Assembly: GCA_038087875.1 (NCBI GenBank)
Contig: JAXLNO010004189.1
Location: 62,001-94,978, forward strand
Direction: 5' to 3'
Length of the DNA: 32,978 nucleotides
From: Malacoraja senta
Taxonomy: Eukaryota
Each line of letters begins with the position of its first letter. Positions within the stretch are counted from its first letter, which is position 1. Positions 24,815 through 32,978 of the stretch are shown here, piece after piece. Position numbers and translations under genes: made by a program. Below the pieces are notes generated by a model, which worked only from the letters and a program-made list of their open reading frames with translations, had not been told where the DNA came from and did not search any database.

Positions 24815-24888
24815 ATGTAGTCACAATGATTAAAATGGAAACAACAGAAGATAATGATTATCTATGAAAGAATATTTAACGTTCTTAC

Positions 24889-25155
24889 CCCAGATGATGG
24901 TCTTCCCACCGGGCAGGCTGCTGTGATCGACATGACAGAAATACTGTTTACCATCATACGGATCATACTCAAGGACAGACCTTAGATGATATGTTCCATC
25001 GTTGTTGGGTATGACCCCAGAAGATTTTGTCTCAGAGACATGTTGACCATTCTGCAACCAGCTGACATTGATGGCCGGTGGGTAAAATCCAAACACAGTG
25101 CAGTACAGGACTGAATGATCATCAGGGCGGGCAGCGAGAGTGACCTCAGGGGAAA
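24889..25155 (-). CDS. MHC class I-like heavy chain, alpha3 (Ig C1-set) exon
   Basis: Acceptor cttgtAG and donor G|GTAAGA. 267 nt, phase 1-1. Translation: (V)SPEVTLAARPDDHSVLYCTVFGFYPPAINVSWLQNGQHVSETKSSGVIPNNDGTYHLRSVLEYDPYDGKQYFCHVDHSSLPGGKTIIW. It has the C1 hallmarks LxC-GFYP-VxW-YxCxVxH and the alpha3-type PNxDGTY. Confidence 0.93.
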
Positions 25156-25839
25156 CTACAAGACAGTAAGTTGGTTATTTTCACCTTCAGTAAAATGTGC
25201 AGTCACCCATCACAAAATATTCTTCAGTCTACTACAACCACCAAGTTACTGTCTACATCTGCCCCATTTTGCCTCTTTCGTCACCATTAACCAACCACGT
25301 GGTTTAAAAGGGATCGTACGCTCCCTGTTAAGACAGTACACAAGAAAGTTTGAAAGTACGTACCATTAAATTCAGGAACAGCTTCTTCCCCACTGTTATT
25401 GGACTACTGAATGATTCTCATGTAAGATAAGATGTTGCCCTGATCTTCCAACCAATCTCATTGTGATCCTTGCAACTCTTTTTGATCTGCACTTTCTCTG
25501 TAACTGTAATGCTATGATATTGTAACCCGATATTCTGTACTCTGAGTATTTTTCTCTTTGCACTGATCTACTTGTGGATGGCTTGATTGCACATGTGAAG
25601 TATGATCTGATTGGATAACACACAGACAAACTTTTGACTATATCTCAGTTCACATGACAATAATAAACTAATACCAACAGCAAATCTTTTCGCTAGGGCA
25701 CATTATTGGCAATAATAAATAATTGACAGGTTACGAAATGAGGGCCAATTGGGGAGGGGACAAGCTTAAAATTGGCAGTATTTTCACTCCTCTTCAATAA
25801 GAGATAAAAGAGACCAGTCATTTGTTTACAAAATCTCTT

Positions 25840-26045
25840 TTTGCAGAGTGTGGTCATTCTCTGGCGCCAGAGATTTGTGAAGACAAAATCACTGGAAGCA
25901 TTTAATATGGCGGTAATTAAACTTTTGAAAGATTGGAGAATTGAGTGCAATGAGGAACTGGCACCGAACAGGAGTTGATGCCTGAGGAACGTCAGCCATG
26001 GTCATATTGAATGGTGGGCAGGTTAGAGGACCAAATGGCTTACTC
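25840..26045 (+). mobile_element. CR1 LINE 3' end remnant
   Basis: ttttgcagagtgtggtcattct...cagccatggtcatattgaatggtggg...ccaaatggcttactc. Confidence 0.6.
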
Positions 26046-26384
26046 GGAAACTTGATAACTGAGGAGAAAATCAGGCTTCTGAATGATCGTTCCATAAGCT
26101 AGGGTACTGTCCAATTGACCACTACCCCATTACAGACAGTGGACTTTGTTTATGGAACTATGTAGGAAGGAACTGTAGATGCTGGTATAAACCGCAGATA
26201 GACACAAAATGCTAGAGTAACTCAACGGGTCAGGCAGCATCTCTGGAGAGAAGGAATGTGTCACGTTTTGTGTCGAAACCCTTATCTAATGGAACTGGTG
26301 TGCTACATTGCTGAGAACTATATGCCACACTCTGTACCTTCCCCTTTGCTCTACTTACAGTACTTGAGTTGACTTGTTACAGTT

Positions 26385-26540
26385 CCGTCACATTCAAAGA
26401 CGTGCAGGTTTGTACGTTTTTGGGCTTCTGTAAATTGACCCTAGTGTGTAGGATAGAACTAATATTTGGGTGGTCGTTAGTCAGCACAGGTTCAGTGGGC
26501 CAAAAGGCCTATTTCCATGCTTTACCTCGAAACTAAACGT
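26385..26540 (+). mobile_element. HE1/V-SINE-type SINE, 3' part
   Basis: tcaaagacgtgcaggtttgt...gtaaattgaccctagtgtgtaggatag...gtgggccaaaaggcctatttcc. Confidence 0.7.
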
Positions 26541-28267
26541 GACAATAATAAACCGAAACTTATCCCTGTGCCTATCTGTAGATTAGTGTCACTCATACTG
26601 TGGCTCCGCCCACAGGCTTATTAGACAGCTCTCTCTCTCTCTCTCTCTCTCTGGTAGACTGGTGGTAAGCATGCTGAGAAGAATGCACCTTGTGTTTCCT
26701 CTGCAGAGTTACTAATAACCACTATGTGTGAGTGATCATTCTTCCAACACAATCTCTTGTGTTGTTACGTCTCTGGAACTAAGTGGTAGCTGCGCTTAAC
26801 TTTGTTGTAGCATAACTGTTTATGTTGAACAATTCATGAAAAAAGTCTAAAAAGGATAAAAAACAAGTGATTCCAGCATGTTGAAAGATAATTGGGACTG
26901 ATACGTAATGGGTGGCACTGCGGCACAGTTCCAGTGACGAGGGTTTGATCACAATCTTGAAACAGAAAAACTTAAACTGAGGCAGGCCCCTCTACTTCAT
27001 CAATCCAGTGCTGTTATGACACTGGGCCTTAACATGAGAAAATTAGAAATTGGGTATTTCCTTAGGGCAAAATCAGACTTCTCAGAGACTTGAAAGCTGC
27101 AAGATAGTCCCTGGAATGTGGTGGATCTCTGCGTGCTGTTCCAGAAGAGGACGAATTGTACTTATGTACAGTATGACTTGACTGGGGAGAATGCAGAACA
27201 ACCATTTCACTGCAGATAGACACAAAAAGCTGGAGTAACTCAGCGGGACAGGCAGCATCTCTGGAGAGAAGGGACGGGGTGTCCAGCATCTGCTGTTCCA
27301 TCCAAACCATTTCACTGCATCTCTGCATGCATGAAACTAAACAGAGTTATATAAAATGCAGCACATACTGCAGTACTCAAGTAGGTCAGGCTGTCCTGAT
27401 TTTGCTGGTGGATAACTTAACTGTAATTTAAAAAAACACAAAAACGTGCAGGTGTAACTCAGTGGCTCAGGCAGCATCTGGAAGACATGGTTATGTAATG
27501 TTTCAGCTTGGGATCCTGCTTCATACTTCTTGCATCTGTTCTTTCTGTCTTCAACTTAACAGTTGAAATGACCAGTTATTTTATCGACAGGGAATGCAAC
27601 TCGTTGAATGTGGAATTGAGTTTGAAAGGCTGCAACATGTCCAGACAGAAGCTGAGTTGTTGGTCCTCAAGGACACTTTCACCCTTGTTATCCTAGTGTA
27701 AGAGGTACAGATGGATGGATCATGGTGGGTGTTGAATGGAGAATTAAAGTGGCAGGAATTAGGAATCTTAGAAAGTCCCATGGATTGAATGCAGGTTCTC
27801 CAGAAAGCAGCCACTCAATTTGTTTCATTGATGCAATGTGGAAGATTACGTCACGAAAACCAAATGCAGTAGATTTGACTGGAAGTCCAAGTGTTTCACG
27901 CTGTTTCACTTTGAAGAACTACCTGGGTCTATGGACAGTGGGAAGGGAAGAGGTAAATGGATAGATGTTGCATGCACCAAGACAGGAAAGTAGAGGAAAG
28001 TTGTGGGCATAGTAGACAGACCAGGGAGTGAAAAAGGGAATGACTACTTCAAGATATAGAATGGGGATCAGGGCAGGAGGGGAGGGAGAAATGGATTGAC
28101 TAATTGAATCAGATTTACACTGGGAGTAAGTATTCAACATGGAGGCTGGAGGAGTGGAAAACATATCCCTGCCCTGTCCAATGAGAATATATAGAACATA
28201 GAACAGTACAAGAACAGGACTTTCAGCCTGCAATGTCCATGTGGAACAGGATACCAAGTTAAACTAA

Positions 28268-28571
28268 GGCAACACAGAGGCACGGTGATAGAGTGGCTGT
28301 CTTACAGCATTAGAGACCCAGGTTCGATTCTGACTAGAGTGCTGTCTGGACGGAGTTTGTACGTTCCCTCTGTCACCCTGTGGGTTTTCTCTGGGGGCTC
28401 CGGTTTCCTCCCAAATACAAAAGACGTGCAGGTTTGTAGGTTAATTGGCTTCTGTAAATTGTCCCTAGCTTGTCGGACAGAAATAGTGAATGGGCAATTG
28501 CTGGTCAGTGCGGACTCAGTGGCCCAAAGTTCCTGTTTCCAAACTCTATCTCCAAACTAAACCAAAACTAA
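28268..28571 (+). mobile_element. HE1/V-SINE-type SINE inserted into a reversed CR1 3' end (28190-28790)
   Basis: Head, core and tail are recognisable. aaactaa lies on both sides (28261-28267 and 28565-28571). Confidence 0.8.
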
Positions 28572-28867
28572 TCTCCACTGCCTGCAAGTGATCCATATCC
28601 TTGTATTCCCTGCATAACCACAAGCCTGTCCAAAACCTTCTTAAGCACCATTATCATGTCCTCCTCTACCACCACTCCTGGTAGCGCATTCTAGGTATCA
28701 AGCTCTCTCTACAAAAAAACACTTGACCTGCACAACTCGTGTAAATTTTGCCCTTCGAAGCTTAACGCTATGCTCTATAGAGATGTGTAAAAGAGATGCA
28801 ATCCCATTAGGGGCTGTCAACCGTGGTCAAGAAAATCCATGGTTAACTAATATGAAAGACATCAATT

Positions 28868-29150
28868 GCATTTTCTCCCTGTCAAGCAGGGATGTAATGC
28901 TGAGGTTCTATAAGGCACCAGTCAAGCCATATTTGGAGCATTGTGAGCAATTTTGGGCACCATATCTGAGGAAGGATGTGCTGGCTCTATATAGGGTCCA
29001 GAGGAGGTGTACAAGAATGATCCCAGGAATTAATGGATTAACATATGATGAGCATTTGATGGCAGTGGACCTTTACTCGCTGGATTTTAGAAGAATAAGG
29101 GGGGACCTCATTGAATCATACCAAATAGTGAAAAGCTTGGATAGTGGATG
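28868..29150 (+). mobile_element. CR1 LINE RT C-terminal fragment
   Basis: RDVMLRFYKAPVKPYLEHCEQFWAPYLRKDVLALYRVQRRCTRMIPG...YSLDFRRIRGDLIE. Confidence 0.9.
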
Positions 29151-29214
29151 TGGTGAGGATCAATTCTGGGGTCATTAACCCTTCCTTTACTCTCTTTCCC
29201 TTCAACTCCGTCAT

Positions 29215-29500
29215 CGACTATCCCAATGGCCATGGGGGGGGGGGTCCAAGAGGATGGGGTCCGTTGGAGATGGGAAAAGGGATCATCAATGGGGGCGAGG
29301 ACTCCTTCCCGTGGAAGAACGGTGTGAGGCGGAGGCGAGGGAAGAAGAGTTCCAAACCAAGGCGGGAGCGGAACTCATTGAGGTGGGGACGGAGGGGGCC
29401 AAAGGTGTGGCCTCTGCTGAGGACAGACCGTTCGGTATCTGAGAGGGGGGAGGTCAGGGGGGATGGTGAACACACGGCAGGGATGGGAGTTGGGGCCGGA
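29215..29500 (-). mobile_element. Penelope-like element ORF N-terminal fragment
   Basis: LSDTERSVLSRGHTFGPLRPHLNEFRSR...ELFFPRLRL matches the LSxGLxFxP region upstream of the PLE RT. Confidence 0.7.
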
Positions 29501-29534
29501 GGAAGGCAGGTGGGTGGACTGAGGCGATGGTGGC

Positions 29535-30110
29535 CGATTAGGAAAAGGGGAGATGCAACGAGACCTGGGTGTCATGGTACACCAGTCATTGAAAGTAGGA
29601 ATGCAGGTGCAGCAGGCAGTGAAGAAAGCGAATGGTATGTTAGCATTCATAGCAAAATGATTTGAGTATAGGAGCAGGGAGGTTCTACTGCAGTTGTACA
29701 GGGTCTTGGTGAGACCACACCTGGAGGATTGCATCCAGTTTTGGTCTCCTAATCTGAGGAAAGACATTCTTGCCATAGAGGGAGTACAGTGAAGGTTCAC
29801 CAGACTGATTCCTGGGATGTCAATACAATACAATACAATACAATTTTATTTGTCTTTTGGACAAATTTGTCATTTGGAACCCTTGAGGTCCAAACGAAAT
29901 GTCGTTTCTGCAGCCATACAATACAAAACGAAAAAAGACCCGAGACTCCCGCCCCCCCCCCCCCCTCCCCGATGTCAGAGTCAAAGTCAAAGACCCCGGC
30001 GGGCGATGGTGATTATCCCGCGGCCATTAAAGCCAGTTAATGCAAGGGTCACGCACCGGGTCAGGACTTTCATATGAAGAAAGACTGGATATACTTGGCT
30101 TGTCCTCTCC
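29535..30110 (+). mobile_element. CR1 LINE RT C-terminal fragment interrupted by an insertion at 29823-30059
   Basis: LGKGEMQRDLGVMVHQSLKV...KKANGMLAFI...[14 protein letters not shown]...[10 protein letters not shown]. It resumes at 30060 with gtcaggactttcatatgaagaaagactgg. Confidence 0.9.
29823..30059 (-). mobile_element. Short retroposon 3' end with an (ATTGT)n tail, nested in CR1
   Basis: (caata)n at the left edge. GTCA duplicated at 29819-29822 and 30060-30063. Confidence 0.65.
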
Positions 30111-30321
30111 ACAACGAATATAAACCTCACCTGCATTTTAATTCCCCCCCACACCACCAAAGCCTCCGGAATCGCTAACACAACGCTACCGATGGTAGGG
30201 TTTGTAACAACGCCACTATGTCAAAACTTTAACACACTTTGGTGGAGCGGGCCGAGGCCCCCCCTAGATCTCAAGGCCCTAAACTTAAGCTTGTCTGGCT
30301 CATACGTAAATCCGGCCCTGG

Positions 30322-30465
30322 TGGGAGGAAACCGGAGCGCCCGGAGAAAACCCACGCAGGTCAAGGGGAGAGAGAACGTGCAAACTCCGTACAGACAGCG
30401 CCCGTGGTCGGGATGGAACCGGGGTCTCTGGCGCCGTGAGGCGGCAACTCTACCGCTGCGCCATC
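30322..30465 (-). mobile_element. HE1/V-SINE-type SINE, 5' half
   Basis: gggaggaaaccggagcgcccggagaaaacccacgcagg...gtgaggcggcaactctaccgctgcgcca. Confidence 0.85.
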
Positions 30466-30499
30466 CTGATGACCAGAGAGGGAGGGAGAGGTGAATACA

Positions 30500-30690
30500 T
30501 CTCTCTCCCTCTCTCCCTCGTCCCCCTCTCCCTCTCTCCCAATCTTCCCTCTAAAACTTTCTCAAAACTCTTCAAACTTTCTCTCACTCATTCCCTCCCT
30601 CCCTCACTCCCTCCCTCTCTCCCTCTCTCCCTCCCTCTCTCCCTCTCTCTCTCCCTCTCCCCCTCCTTCCCCCTCCTTTTTCCTCTCCAC
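30500..30690. repeat. CT-rich microsatellite / low complexity
   Basis: (ctcc/ct)n runs. Confidence 0.9.
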
Positions 30691-30911
30691 CCTACCCTCA
30701 ATGCCCCCAAAAAAACTACAACAAAACCACCCCGGAAACAACATTTGGCGTTTCGCCCTCGACCCGGACGCCTGAGACCCGCCGTCCCGCTTTGCCAGCG
30801 CCGGTGCGCCGACCTAAAGCGTCCCCCCCTCACGCCGGAAGCGCCTCGGGAATGCAGCTGTGAAAAGCAGGTAAAGATAAAAGCGCTGCCATGCAGCGGG
30901 GGAGGCAGCAA

Positions 30912-31041
30912 TGCAGCCAGTGATGCATGCATCCCTTTAATGCAGCAAGTGATACATGCAGTCCCTTTAATGCAGCAAGTGATACATGCAGTCCCTTTAA
31001 TGCAGCCAGTCATGCATGCATTCCCTTTAATGCAGCATGCA
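30912..31041. repeat. 30-bp minisatellite, about 4.3 copies
   Basis: Unit tgcagcaagtgatacatgcagtccctttaa. Confidence 0.92.
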
Positions 31042-31364
31042 CAGGCGCTGGCAGGCGGTTCCCCACACTTTATAACTCACACTCTATCCACGCTTAATGT
31101 GGCCCTTGAAGGCCGATTCCTGTCTCATTTCCAAACTATTTGCCCCAAAAAATTCCCCCAAAGTCACCAAACCGACCTTGCGGGACAACGGGGTGGATGC
31201 GGGGAGCCCGGACCGTCCGGAAAAGATCCTTCGGCCCATTTCACTCCTGCTAGCCCACACTTGGCATTGTCTGCATTGGACCTTTCTGAATTTGTAGTCA
31301 GCAGGGCAATACTCTGCATATCGCCAACTTACCGAGTCCACTCCGCCTTGCAACCATGGCTGAC

Positions 31365-31810
31365 CTATCTCCCTCTCTCTCTCTCCCCTCTCTCACNNNN
31401 NNNNNNNNNNNNNNNNNNNNNNNNNNNNNNNNNNNNNNNNNNNNNNNNNNNNNNNNNNNNNNNNNNNNNNNNNNNNNNNNNNNNNNNNNNNNNNNNNNNN
31501 NNNNNNNNNNNNNNNNNNNNNNNNNNNNNNNNNNNNNNNNNNNNNNNNNNNNNNNNNNNNNNNNNNNNNNNNNNNNNNNNNNNNNNNNNNNNNNNNNNNN
31601 NNNNNNNNNNNNNNNNNNNNNNNNNNNNNNNNNNNNNNNNNNNNNNNNNNNNNNNNNNNNNNNNNNNNNNNNNNNNNNNNNNCTCTCCCCCTCTTCGTCT
31701 CCCTCTCTCTCTCTCCCTCTCCCTCTCTCTCCCTCTCTCTCTCTCTCCCCCTCTCTCTCCCTCTCTACCCCCTCCCCCTCCCTATCTGCCCCTCTCTCTC
31801 TCCCTCTATC
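31365..31810. repeat. CT-rich microsatellite containing an assembly gap (286 N, 31397-31682)
   Basis: Directly visible. Confidence 0.95.
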
Positions 31811-31815
31811 CCGAA

Positions 31816-32899
31816 TGAGACCACACCTGGAGTATGGTGTGCAGTTTTGGCCTGTTGGCCTTCATAACAAGAGGAGTTGAGTATCAAGTCAAGTCAAGTC
31901 ACATTTATTTATATAGCACATTTAAAAAACACCTCTCATTGGCCAAAGTGCTTTACATTTTGTATAGGAGCAAAGAGGTCCTTCTGCAGTTGTACAGGGC
32001 CCTGGTGAGACCACACCTGGAGTATTGTGTGCAGTTTTGGGCCTGTTGGCCTTCATAACAAGAGGAGTTGAGTATAGGAGCAAAGAGGTCCTTCTGCAGT
32101 TGTACAGGGCCCTGGTGAGACCACACCTGTAGTATTGTGTGCAGATGTGGCCTGTTGGCCTTCATAACAAGAGGAGTTGAGTATAGGAGCAAAGAGGTCC
32201 TTCTGCAGTTGTACAGGGCCCTGGTGAGACCACACCTGGATTATTGTGGTGCAGTTTTGGCCTGTTGGCCTTCATAACAAGAGGAGTTGAGTATAGGAGC
32301 AAAGAGGTCCTTCTGCAGTTGTACAGGGCCCTGGTGAGACCACACCTGGAGTATTGTGTGCAGTTTTGGCCTGTTGGCCTTCATAACAAGAGGAGTTGAG
32401 TATAGGAGCGAAGAGGTCCTTCTGCAGTTGTACAGGGCCATGGTGAGACCACACCTGGAGTATTGTGTGCAGTTTTGGCCTGTTGGCCTTCATAACAAGA
32501 GGAGTTGAGTATAGGAGCAAAGAGGTCCTTCTGCAGTTGTACAGGGCCCTGGTGAGACCACACCAGGAGTATTGTGTGCAGTTTTGGCCTGTTGGCCCTT
32601 CATAACAAGAGGAGTTGAGTATAGGAGCAAAGAGGTCCTTCTGCAGTTGTACAGGGCCCTGGTGAGACCACACCTGGAGTATTGTGTGCAGTTTTGGCCT
32701 GTTGGCCATCATAACAAGAGGAGTTAAGTATAGGAGCAAAGAGGTTTTTCTGCAGTTGTACAGGGCCCTTGTGAGACCACACCTGTAGTATTGTGTGCAG
32801 TTTTGGCCTGTTGGCCTTCATAACAAGAGGAGGAGTATAGGAGCAAAGAGGTCCTTCTGCAGTTGTACAGGGCCCTGGTGAGACCACACCTGGAGTATT
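31816..32899 (+). repeat. 109-bp tandem array (about 9 units) derived from a CR1 RT fragment
   Basis: gagtatagg recurs at 32070, 32179, 32289, 32398, 32507, 32617, 32726 (variant) and 32833. The unit encodes [35 protein letters not shown]. Confidence 0.95.
31885..31961 (-). mobile_element. 77-bp L2-like 3' tail inserted in the first array unit
   Basis: Reverse complement reads tgtaaagcactttgg...aaatgtgctatataaataaatgt(gactt)n. GTAT duplicated at 31881-31884 and 31962-31965. Confidence 0.65.
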
Positions 32900-32978
32900 C
32901 CATCCGCAGTTCACACTTCAATTTAAGTGGGATTGAGGAAGCCACTGATTGGTGGAAACGGACTAGGGGAAGCCGCTG

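Noticed and set aside
24889-25155. Beta2-microglobulin or class II identity for the C1 exon
   Set aside because: The C-strand Trp and PNNDGTY are alpha3-like. A downstream TM exon exists and lacks the class II glycine pattern.
30436-31818. 460-aa plus-strand ORF
   Set aside because: It runs through a SINE end, CT microsatellites, a minisatellite and N bases, so it is a compositional artefact.
31816-32899. CRISPR-like array
   Set aside because: Whole units repeat with no unique spacers, the sequence is CR1-derived and the genome is eukaryotic.

Overview
Eukaryotic, repeat-dense genomic DNA. HE1/V-SINE-type SINEs, CR1, Rex1/Babar and Penelope remnants point to a cartilaginous fish, probably a skate or ray (inference). 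Nearly all supplied ORFs are spurious or TE-derived. By reading splice sites I reconstructed the 3' half of a minus-strand MHC class I-like heavy-chain gene. It comprises an alpha3 C1-set exon (25155-24889), a transmembrane exon (19813-19706) and a candidate terminal exon (15102-15062). All junctions are phase 1, giving ...KTIIW-EGNGKKDRHIGLIAMCVLISLAIVLAVIVWWRKKRR-EYQTIQPNQNVHC*. The short tail carries a CD1-like YQxI sorting motif. A candidate alternative exon (23730-23649) would end the protein after alpha3 (soluble form). The 3' end of the gene lies in a ~10.29 kb near-identical tandem duplication whose breakpoint cuts the TM exon. This is either a very recent event or an assembly artefact. 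Leader, alpha1 and alpha2 exons were not found in the window. The right end holds a CpG-rich segment, a 286-N gap and a 109-bp satellite made from a CR1 fragment. TE boundaries are approximate unless TSDs are quoted.
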